A DNA stretch of 64,000 bases from a virus: the IMG/VR virus record IMGVR_UViG_3300021178_000001, positions 32,001 to 96,000 of that record; one strand, given 5' to 3'. Position 1 is the first letter of the stretch. Every line of letters begins with the position of its first letter. A model generated the notes under the pieces. It saw nothing but the letters and a program-made list of their open reading frames with translations. It ran no database searches and was not told the DNA's origin. Of the stretch, positions 28,091 to 36,495 are shown piece by piece. Both the position numbers and the translations under genes were made by a program.

Positions 28091-28255
28091 TATTCCTTTT
28101 TATCTAAAGAAATAAGAGTTAAACTGATTTTAAAGTGAAATCAGAACCGCTTCCTTTTGTCTCGTGTGGTAAGTTGAGTCGAAGTAATTCCGCGCGGCGC
28201 AGTATACGACTTGACTAACAGTGGGTTAAGATTGGTGTAACACGGAGACTCTTCA

Positions 28256-29878
28256 ATGCAAAAACAGATCATAAACGCCAAAGACTTCCTTCAGTCCAAG
28301 ATGGACGGCATGGCTGAACTAGCCGACATCGTGAAGAAGACCTTGGGTCCCGGAGGTCTTCCCATAATTTTAGAACGAGTCGGGCAAGCGCTCGACGGTT
28401 CACCCTTGGGTCCAAAGATCACCAAGGACGGCGTCTCGGTAGCCGAGGAGTGCGCTTCTGAAGACAAGGCCAAAGACGTCGTGATTCAAGCCGTAAAGGC
28501 TATTTGCAGAAAAACTAACTCCGACGCCGGAGACGGCACGACTACGGCCATAGTTTTGGGCCAAGCCATTCTTCAAGAAACTCAAAAGATCTTGCAAGAC
28601 GATCCTTCACTCAACCCACAACTAGTCAAGGAAGACATAGAACTGGTGGCTGCGAGAGTCATAGAGAAACTAAAGAGTTTAGCCGTTAAAGTGTCCGACA
28701 TGAAGGCCATCGAGGAAGTTGCGACTATCTCAGCCAACGGCGACCGATCGATAGGTCAAGTCATTCGCATGGCCTTCGAGCACGTCGGAGCCGAGGGTGT
28801 CGTCACCGTGGACGAGGGTTCTGGATCAGAAGTTACTCTAGACGTAGTCGAGGGATACCGCTTCAACCGTGGAGCTCAGTCTAGATCCGACTTCTTCAAC
28901 AACAAGGACCGAACTCACTTCGAAGCTGAGAAAGCCGCGATCGTCTTTTTTGACGGCAAACTACTCAACTTCACCGACATTATCCCGACCATTCAGTTGT
29001 TGGCCGGAGTCGACAAGGAAACTGGACAAGCTTCCAAGAAGTTGCCGCCAGTCATATTTGTGGCCAACGAGTTCAGTCGCGACGTGATTCAGTTCATGCT
29101 GATCCAGAAGATGGAGCGCGGAATGCAGCTGTGCGCCATCGAGGGTCCTCACATGAGTCACGTGAGAACTGGATACTACGACGACATGGCGGCTTACACC
29201 GGTGGAAGTCGGTTGGGTAACGGAGCTAGGTCACTCTCGGCCATCATAGAAGAGGACATCGGGTACATAGACAAGATCGTTTCGGACCAGTACAAAACGA
29301 CTATGTACGAGGGCAACGGTTCGGAAGAGTCAGTCTTAGAGCGAGTAGATCAGTTGAAAGCTTTGAAGGCGAAAGCCGAGAGTCCGTACGACGCTCAAGT
29401 CGTGAACGACCGCATCGCCGCGCTCACTAACGGAATCGCGAAGATCGGCGTAGGCGGAGCCACAGAACTAGAGATCAAAGAGAAGTACGACCGCATCGAG
29501 GATGCTCTCAACGCCTCGCGAGCCGCGATTCAAGAAGGAGTGGTAGTCGGAGGCGGAGTAACCCTCCTAAGAATAGCCGTCGAGATGTCTCCCGATTCCG
29601 TCGGAGCTAAGATCATGCAAAAAGCTCTGCAGTCGCCGTTTCGTCAGATCTTGGACAACATCGGTCTCAAAGAAGATGCAGTCAACGACATCGCGCTGTT
29701 AGTTTTAGAAGAAGAAGGAACCATCTACGACGCGCGGGATAAAAGAATTAAGAACGCCTCGGAAGCTGGTATCATAGACCCAGTTAAGGTTACTCGAACG
29801 GCGTTGGAGAATGCTGTCAGTATCGCAGGTTTGCTGAGCACCGCGGGTGGTGCGATTGTCTACAAAAAAGATAAGTAA
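28256..29878 (+). CDS. groEL: chaperonin GroEL (Cpn60), divergent, no GGM tail
   Basis: TLGP, ITKDGVSVA, AGDGTTTA, GGATE.E.KE..DRIEDALNA.RAA..EG.V.GGG, GIIDP.KVTR.ALENA.S. Confidence 0.95.
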   Translation: MQKQIINAKDFLQSKMDGMAELADIVKKTLGPGGLPIILERVGQALDGSPLGPKITKDGVSVAEECASEDKAKDVVIQAVKAICRKTNSDAGDGTTTAIVLGQAILQETQKILQDDPSLNPQLVKEDIELVAARVIEKLKSLAVKVSDMKAIEEVATISANGDRSIGQVIRMAFEHVGAEGVVTVDEGSGSEVTLDVVEGYRFNRGAQSRSDFFNNKDRTHFEAEKAAIVFFDGKLLNFTDIIPTIQLLAGVDKETGQASKKLPPVIFVANEFSRDVIQFMLIQKMERGMQLCAIEGPHMSHVRTGYYDDMAAYTGGSRLGNGARSLSAIIEEDIGYIDKIVSDQYKTTMYEGNGSEESVLERVDQLKALKAKAESPYDAQVVNDRIAALTNGIAKIGVGGATELEIKEKYDRIEDALNASRAAIQEGVVVGGGVTLLRIAVEMSPDSVGAKIMQKALQSPFRQILDNIGLKEDAVNDIALLVLEEEGTIYDARDKRIKNASEAGIIDPVKVTRTALENAVSIAGLLSTAGGAIVYKKDK

Positions 29879-29898
29879 CTAGGATGGTTTTCGGCAGG

Positions 29899-29966
29899 TC
29901 CCTTAGGTCAGCAGTTCTAAGCACTTCTCCCCCCCTCCAAAGTGCAACTGGTCTAAGGGATTTTTT
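29899..29966 (+). terminator. long hairpin with C-rich loop and T tract after groEL
   Basis: TCCCTTAG/CTAAGGGA, CAGTT/AACTG, GCACTT/AAGTGC stems, loop CTCCCCCCCTCCA, then TTTTTT. Confidence 0.7.
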
Positions 29967-30038
29967 ATTTCTAAAGTCCAATGATTCACCCAACTTTTTG
30001 ATAAAATTTAGTATCTCGGTACATTACAGAGGACCTCA

Positions 30039-31814
30039 ATGTTCAAGCCAGTTGGATTTTCTGAAGTAATTTTTAAAGACAGATACGGTTTTACTAGTGA
30101 AGAAAGTTGGACCCAAGCTTGTCGCAGAGTTGCCAAACAAGCGGCCATAGCTGAGAAACCTCTAAAAGTAGAAGTCTACGAAGATAAATTCTACGACGAC
30201 TTAGTCAACAACTATTTCGTACCAGGCGGTCGCATTTGGTACAACTCTGGTCGTCCTAATCCTCAATTGCTAAATTGTTTCGTGTTGAACGAAGACCTCG
30301 ACTCCAAGGAAGGCTGGGGTCGTCTGTTGTACGAGAACGTCGTGACCGGAATGACTGGTGGTGGGTGCGGACAAGACTTCAGCGAGATCCGTCCCAACGG
30401 CGCCGAGATCAATGGTCACCGTGGAGTCTGTCCTGGACCTTTAGGTCTGATGCGCGGAGTGAATGCCGGTTCCCACATGGTGCGAGCTGGAGGCGGTCGT
30501 CGCGCCGCCAACATGTTTTCTGTAGATTCTACGCATCCGGACGTTTTAGAAATCATCGACGCCAAGCTCGTCAAGGGCGAGCTCGACATGGCTAACGTTT
30601 CCATACGATTCAAGAACGTCACCGGCTTCGTTAAAGCAGTCATAGAAGACGGATCGTGGGAACTTAGTTGGAAGGGTAAGTACAAGCGAGTTATTAAAGC
30701 TAGAGATCTATGGGACAAGATAGTGAGCAACGCCTGGAACAACGCCGAACCAGGCATCCTCAACATGGAACTAGCACTGTCTGAGAGCACTATTTACTAC
30801 ATAGAAGAGCTAATCACCACCAACCCATGTGGTGAGATCTTCTTGACTAAGTACGGAAACTGCTGTCTCGGACACTTAGTGCTAACACGTTTCATCAATA
30901 ATGGAAAAGTTAACTGGCAGTTATTAGGCGAAGTGATTCGCAACAGCGTTCGTTTCTTAGACAATATTCTGGACGTTAACTCATACCCGTTGCCTGAAAT
31001 GAAAGCAGCTTCGCAGAAACTTCGAAGAATTGGTCTAGGCACTACTGGACTCGCCGACATGCTAGCTATGCTTGGTATCAAGTACGGTTCGAAAGAAGGC
31101 AACGAGTTTAAGGACAAACTCTTCCGATTCATATCTAAAGCGTCCTACGAAGCCTCGGTGATGCTCGCCGTAGAAAAAGGAGCTTTCCCGGCTTGTAAGC
31201 CAGAGATGCATGTCAACTCCGGTTACGTAAAGCGCATGACCGATAAGATCCGTTCTCTCATCCGCGAACACGGTATCAGAAATTGTGCCTTGCTCACTCA
31301 GGCGCCGACGGGTACCGTATCGATCTTGTCGGGCAACTGCTCGTCCGGCATCGAACCCATGTTCGCGTTCGCTTACTGGAGAACTTACTGGGACGGAGAA
31401 GTACGCAAGTCTGAGCTGTGTTTTCACCCGTTGTTCGTAGAGTTCATGAATCAAGGCAAGTCGGTGGAACACTTCGTGGCTTCCCACGAGCTCTCAGTGC
31501 GAGACCACATGGAAGTTCAGAAAGTTATTCAGTACCACATCGACAACGCGTGCAGCAAGACTATAAACATGCCGGAGTGCTACCCAATAGAAGACATGGC
31601 CAAGCTATGGCTCGAGTACTTGCCGTTCCTCAAAGGCACGACTTTTTATCGAGAAAACTCTAGAAAGTTCATCAACGCCAAGGGTGAAGAGGAAGCGCCA
31701 CCGTTGACGCCGATTCCACTCGAAGAAGCGGTCCGACTGTACAAAGAGAAGTTAACCGCAAAAACTGAAGTGGCTGAAACTAATGATTGTCCAAATGGAA
31801 GTTGTAGTATATAA
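30039..31814 (+). CDS. nrdJ: ribonucleotide reductase, probably class II (B12-dependent)
   Basis: PGGRI, LLNCFV, TNPCGE, CCLG, RRIGLG, APTGT.S, SSGIEP, C-terminal CPNGSC; no beta subunit seen in the window. Confidence 0.85.
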   Translation: MFKPVGFSEVIFKDRYGFTSEESWTQACRRVAKQAAIAEKPLKVEVYEDKFYDDLVNNYFVPGGRIWYNSGRPNPQLLNCFVLNEDLDSKEGWGRLLYENVVTGMTGGGCGQDFSEIRPNGAEINGHRGVCPGPLGLMRGVNAGSHMVRAGGGRRAANMFSVDSTHPDVLEIIDAKLVKGELDMANVSIRFKNVTGFVKAVIEDGSWELSWKGKYKRVIKARDLWDKIVSNAWNNAEPGILNMELALSESTIYYIEELITTNPCGEIFLTKYGNCCLGHLVLTRFINNGKVNWQLLGEVIRNSVRFLDNILDVNSYPLPEMKAASQKLRRIGLGTTGLADMLAMLGIKYGSKEGNEFKDKLFRFISKASYEASVMLAVEKGAFPACKPEMHVNSGYVKRMTDKIRSLIREHGIRNCALLTQAPTGTVSILSGNCSSGIEPMFAFAYWRTYWDGEVRKSELCFHPLFVEFMNQGKSVEHFVASHELSVRDHMEVQKVIQYHIDNACSKTINMPECYPIEDMAKLWLEYLPFLKGTTFYRENSRKFINAKGEEEAPPLTPIPLEEAVRLYKEKLTAKTEVAETNDCPNGSCSI

Positions 31815-31821
31815 TTAATCT

Positions 31822-33051
31822 ATGCATGATTCTAGAACTAAAGGATTTAAATCTCAAGAATTAATTTCTAAGGAAGAGTTAGAACTTTATGATGGCTCAA
31901 CTAATAAAGAAATATCGGTGAAAACGGGAAGATCTATTTATATAGTTAAGAGATCTCTAATCCATCATGGACTTTACGTAGGAAAAGTTTATTTTACAAA
32001 GTGTCTAAGTTGTCAAAAAGAATTCGGAGACTTTGTTAAAGGAGCAAAATTTTGTTGTAATACTTGCAAACATTCAGGCCAATCTATATGGAATAGGGGA
32101 CTAACAAAGACCGATTCTGAGATACTTCGCGCAAGTAGCGTTCGCATGAGAGGCAATAAACTAGGGCATTTAATCGACTATTCCAAAAAAGCTGTAAAGA
32201 AACTTTTCTTACCTACTTTAGGAGTTGAAATAGACCATGATACAAGATCCAACCTAGAAAAAGAATGGTTACTTTTAGTAGATAAAGAACCTGGAATTAA
32301 AAAAATAGAAAGATGCGCTTTTTCAGTTCCTTTTCTTGATGATCAAAGAAAAGAAAAAAATTATTATCCAGATTTTATAGTTTATTGGGAAACTGGGGTG
32401 AAGTGGTTGGTAGAGGTGAAAGGATTAGCTACAGATTTAGATTATAGAAAATTCGAACAAACGAATTATTGGGCTAAAGATAATGGATATGACTATAGAA
32501 TAATAACTACTGGAATGGTGAAACAAAATAGTTGGAGTCGAGTGTACTCACATTATAAAAATATTAAAATAGAAAGCCATGAGTGGATGGGAATGAACCA
32601 CGCGTGTGCATGGTCTAGATCATCAGCATCAAATAGATTGCAAGTCGGGTGTGTCATATTTTCAATGGATTTTGAAGAAATATTTTCTTACGGATACAAT
32701 GGAGATGAGAGAGGAGGATGCAATATTCCTACAAGTAGTGCACCCGGATGTGACAAATTTTTACACGCAGAAGAAAACGCACTTTTAAAGTTAAAAACTA
32801 GAGATGCTTGTAAGATGTTTATCACGGACTCTCCATGCGAAATGTGTGCAAAAAGAATAATAAATTCAGGAAATATAAAAGAAGTTTACTATCTAAGACC
32901 ATACAGAGACATGACTGGAGTAGGACTTTTAGCGAGAGCGGGAATAAAAGTTTACAATTTCGTACTTGTAGATCATTTGGGAAAACCTTTTTCGGCAGAC
33001 CATGCATACGAGCATCTAAGACCAGCTAGTCATGATAAGTTTCCGTCTTAG
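31822..33051 (+). CDS. fusion: Zn-finger + TnsA/Hef-like PD-(D/E)xK endonuclease + dCMP deaminase
   Basis: CLSC...FCCNTC; RSNLEK..., YYPDF...LVEVKG; QVGCVI..GYNG, HAEENA, SPCEMC. Confidence 0.85.
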   Translation: MHDSRTKGFKSQELISKEELELYDGSTNKEISVKTGRSIYIVKRSLIHHGLYVGKVYFTKCLSCQKEFGDFVKGAKFCCNTCKHSGQSIWNRGLTKTDSEILRASSVRMRGNKLGHLIDYSKKAVKKLFLPTLGVEIDHDTRSNLEKEWLLLVDKEPGIKKIERCAFSVPFLDDQRKEKNYYPDFIVYWETGVKWLVEVKGLATDLDYRKFEQTNYWAKDNGYDYRIITTGMVKQNSWSRVYSHYKNIKIESHEWMGMNHACAWSRSSASNRLQVGCVIFSMDFEEIFSYGYNGDERGGCNIPTSSAPGCDKFLHAEENALLKLKTRDACKMFITDSPCEMCAKRIINSGNIKEVYYLRPYRDMTGVGLLARAGIKVYNFVLVDHLGKPFSADHAYEHLRPASHDKFPS

Positions 33052-33118
33052 TATACGAAATTTGACAAATACACTAAGATAGAGATTGAACCCACGAAGT
33101 AACAGAAGAGGTTTCAAG

Positions 33119-33685
33119 ATGAAAGAACGGTTTGTAGGCGGTGAAGTAGTAACAGTTAGGTTCGACGACGCAGTGTCTTCCAACGCTTACTTAGTTGACT
33201 CAGACGACGGCGAAGGGACTGTACTGTTAAAGCATCCACTGTTCCCGTCTTGTCTCTTGCGTTTTCCTAAGAGTGATCTCGATCAAGTGGCTCCCAACGT
33301 CAAGGACTCTACAGAACGCTCGCTAGACTTCGCCAACGCCAACGCTAAGTACTTGGACTATAACACTTTAGCCGACCACGAGGCTTTGTGTCTTTATTTC
33401 GTAGTGCGTCGAAAGTTGACTCCTAGACAAAAAAATCTACTCTCTAACATTTGCGGACAAATTGCTGGCATTAAACTAAACGACGATATAAAATACGCCA
33501 TGAGTTTAGTCGCGGCGCACGAGGCCATACTAGACGAGTTCAACCTCATGTGGTACCGCAACTTCAGCGGATTATTTTCTGGTCGTCAAAACATCACTAG
33601 TAAAAAACAGCGTTCCGCTATCTTTAACATCGCGGGATTCGTCTTAGCCGAACTTGAGAGACCTTCGGTACCCAAAAAGGTATAA
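33119..33685 (+). CDS. hypothetical protein
   Basis: ATG after a GAGG RBS. Confidence 0.6.
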   Translation: MKERFVGGEVVTVRFDDAVSSNAYLVDSDDGEGTVLLKHPLFPSCLLRFPKSDLDQVAPNVKDSTERSLDFANANAKYLDYNTLADHEALCLYFVVRRKLTPRQKNLLSNICGQIAGIKLNDDIKYAMSLVAAHEAILDEFNLMWYRNFSGLFSGRQNITSKKQRSAIFNIAGFVLAELERPSVPKKV

Positions 33686-33718
33686 TCAGTAACTACACCT
33701 CATTTCTAGGAGAGACAA

Positions 33719-35533
33719 ATGTCCAAAAGTGACTACTCTAAACCGCAAATCGACTTCGTGATGAACTTGAAAAAACGCGGTGCTACTTACGGCGACATCG
33801 CCGTTGAATTTGCTAAGAAATTCGGTGTAAAGAAGTCTCCAAGTGCCCTGCAAATGTTATTTTTGCGCTGCAAGAACGACTACGACCTCAAGGGTCTCAA
33901 GACCGTCGTAGAGATCAAAGCTAAGGTGATGGAAGACCGGATCTTAGACGCGTTCGTGACTCTTGTAATCCAGCGCAAGTACGTGCCGAATCAAGTAGAG
34001 TTCTCGTCTGCCACTGGTTACGCTCTAGATCAAGTAAAGAGGTACTATCAGACTTTTGAAGGTCTAGAGACAAAAGCTAGAGAAAAATTCCCTAAAGTTT
34101 TCAAGAACATAATCGACGAGTCTAAGTTTACAGACAAAGAGTTCAATGCGCTTCGAGAAGACATCGGGAACCACCAACGTTTCGTGATTACTACGGCTGT
34201 AACGGGCGCTGACCCGCACGAGGACGGTTTGGCCGCGATCGAGAGCTACTGCAAGCGCAACAAAGCCAAGTTATTGATCCTGCCTTGCTCTGATCCAGCG
34301 CACATGAAGGAGCACAAGTATGACTTTTCTTTGAGCCACAAGTTGCCCATCGCGGCCGTCGTGTTTCGTAACTTATCTTTGAACTCGAACATCTCTTTGT
34401 CCACCATCAAGCTCAGCGCCAAGCAGATCAACCCACTGACCGGTCTAAAACGCCTCACCGACCACGGGTCGTGCATCTTGGCGTCACCCAAGCAAATGCT
34501 CGAACATGTGGCTAATTCCAACAAGAAGGACATTCCGCGCGCTCTGATGACCACGGGAGCGATCACTAAGTCTGACTATCGTACGGAACGCTACATGTCC
34601 GAGCGTACGGCTTACCTAGCCGACGAAGACCACAAACTGGGTGCCCTGATCGTAGAGATCAAGGACTCCAAGAAGTTCTTCGTTCGCAGGATCGAAATAG
34701 ACGCCAAAACTGGAGCTTTCTGCGACCTCAACAAGAAGTACCACGCCGATGGTCAAGTCGAGAAGATCAACGCGGAATTGGTTCAACAACCCGACTGGCA
34801 CGTTTTGTCCACTGATCCTATTTTTCGCAAAGCGTCGAAGCAGATCGTTTCTTTAGTAAAACCTGACTTTATGACCTTCGAGGACTTTTTTGACGGAATC
34901 ACCATCAATCCCCACGAGCGTCACGACATCATTCAACGGGCTACTAAAGCTCTGAAGGGTGAGTTCTCGCTCTCCAGCGAGCTCAAGGCTTGTGCCAAGG
35001 AGATCAACGATCTATTGACTTGGGACGCGTCGCAACTAGTGTTCAAGTACGGCAACCACGAAGACTTCTTGAAGAGGTGGATAGCCGCCGTAGAGTACGC
35101 GGACGACCCAGTTAACCACTACGAGGGAGTGTGTTTGGCCAAGGCGTCTCTCGAGGGACACATGCCGTTTGAGTTCGCCATGCGCGAGAGATACGCTGTC
35201 AAAGATCAGGACAGGATTCGTTTTTTGAACGTCAAGGACTCATTTAAGGTCAACGGCATCGAGAACGGAGTACACGGGCACATCGGCGCCGGCGGAAAGC
35301 GCAATCCTGGAATGGTGGGACTCGAGTCCTATGGTCCCTGCAATACTGGTCACACCCACTCGGCGGCTATCTTGCGCGAAGTGGTGAGAGTTGGAACTGC
35401 GACCTACCTTCAGTTGTCTTACAACGACGGTGCTTCTTCTTGGACACAGACGCTGAACATTCAGCACTACGACGGTGCCAGACAATTGATCACTGTCATA
35501 GACGGCGAGTTTTGCTTGCCAGACATCCTGTAA
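33719..35533 (+). CDS. T5 A1-like metallophosphoesterase-fold nuclease with N-terminal HTH-like region
   Basis: RFVITTA, DWH, GNHE, HGHIG, GHTHS, VGT..L.L.YN.G.SSW pattern recalled from the T5 A1 family. Confidence 0.65.
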   Translation: MSKSDYSKPQIDFVMNLKKRGATYGDIAVEFAKKFGVKKSPSALQMLFLRCKNDYDLKGLKTVVEIKAKVMEDRILDAFVTLVIQRKYVPNQVEFSSATGYALDQVKRYYQTFEGLETKAREKFPKVFKNIIDESKFTDKEFNALREDIGNHQRFVITTAVTGADPHEDGLAAIESYCKRNKAKLLILPCSDPAHMKEHKYDFSLSHKLPIAAVVFRNLSLNSNISLSTIKLSAKQINPLTGLKRLTDHGSCILASPKQMLEHVANSNKKDIPRALMTTGAITKSDYRTERYMSERTAYLADEDHKLGALIVEIKDSKKFFVRRIEIDAKTGAFCDLNKKYHADGQVEKINAELVQQPDWHVLSTDPIFRKASKQIVSLVKPDFMTFEDFFDGITINPHERHDIIQRATKALKGEFSLSSELKACAKEINDLLTWDASQLVFKYGNHEDFLKRWIAAVEYADDPVNHYEGVCLAKASLEGHMPFEFAMRERYAVKDQDRIRFLNVKDSFKVNGIENGVHGHIGAGGKRNPGMVGLESYGPCNTGHTHSAAILREVVRVGTATYLQLSYNDGASSWTQTLNIQHYDGARQLITVIDGEFCLPDIL

Positions 35534-35604
35534 TTAGGGCTTTACGGCATATTTTCTCTGTGGTACGATTAATTAAGATTTAAGTACCAAATTTAGGAGA
35601 ACAC

Positions 35605-36153
35605 ATGCAAGTACAATTCGAACTAGTAGTCGGCGAAAATAAGTTTACTCTCACTGAGAACGTAGAAAATCACAGTGAGTTCTTTCAAAAACTTCACTTT
35701 TATTCCACACTTCCCAAAGTTGGACCAAACGGTGAGACTGATCTAGTTTTGACCTTTCGCGTAGCTCAAGGGCAGTACGAATACTACTCAATCGTTTCCA
35801 AAAAAGCGGGATTAGAGTACAAATTCGGTCAGTCTAAGAAGAATGACGGCTCACTCTTCGGGAAAGGTTGGGAACCTGTTTACAACGCTAACGGCAACAA
35901 TGAAGAAGGCTCTGACGACCAAGGCATTGCACCTGGTCAGAGCGTAGGACTCGGAGCTCCAGCTTCTGCACCTCCTCAGCAAACTACCGGTATAGCAGCT
36001 GCACCGAAAGTGAATGCGGCATCAAAACCCGTTACTGGACTCGGTGCTACTGCAGCAAAGCCGACCCCAGCTACGGCATCTACAGCTAGTGGTCCTATTC
36101 CAATACAAGTGCAGAATCAAGCAAAGAATGTACTGTCAAAATTTGGCATTTAA
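35605..36153 (+). CDS. hypothetical protein with Ala/Pro-rich tail
   Basis: AGGAG RBS; lies in the replication block. Confidence 0.65.
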   Translation: MQVQFELVVGENKFTLTENVENHSEFFQKLHFYSTLPKVGPNGETDLVLTFRVAQGQYEYYSIVSKKAGLEYKFGQSKKNDGSLFGKGWEPVYNANGNNEEGSDDQGIAPGQSVGLGAPASAPPQQTTGIAAAPKVNAASKPVTGLGATAAKPTPATASTASGPIPIQVQNQAKNVLSKFGI

Positions 36154-36162
36154 GGAGTAATT

Positions 36163-36474
36163 ATGTCTAAAGAGAATAAACCAAATCGTAGATTTATAGC
36201 TAAAGTTAGACAACAACAAGGTGCCTACGGAGCTTTTCTAAAAATCTGCATCGATAATCCGTCTCCGACAAAAATTGACAAGAGTACCAACATTGAAGTC
36301 GCAGATCCCTACAACAAGGGCGTTCTACTCTGGTGCGACAACGAAACTGGCAAGAAGTATTTGGTAAAGCAACTGTCCGTTAAGGGAGTCACTGAAGAAG
36401 CTCAGCAAAAGGGATTCACTAACTCAGTGTCGATTGATCTCGACAACGAGTACGAAGTTCAAGAACTGGGATAG
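36163..36474 (+). CDS. hypothetical protein
   Basis: AAGGAG RBS. Confidence 0.65.
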   Translation: MSKENKPNRRFIAKVRQQQGAYGAFLKICIDNPSPTKIDKSTNIEVADPYNKGVLLWCDNETGKKYLVKQLSVKGVTEEAQQKGFTNSVSIDLDNEYEVQELG

Positions 36475-36495
36475 AATCGTCAGACGGAGAAACAG

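Noticed and set aside
29884-30069. 61-aa ORF between groEL and the RNR gene
   Set aside because: It runs through the terminator hairpin and overlaps the RNR start; more likely non-coding.
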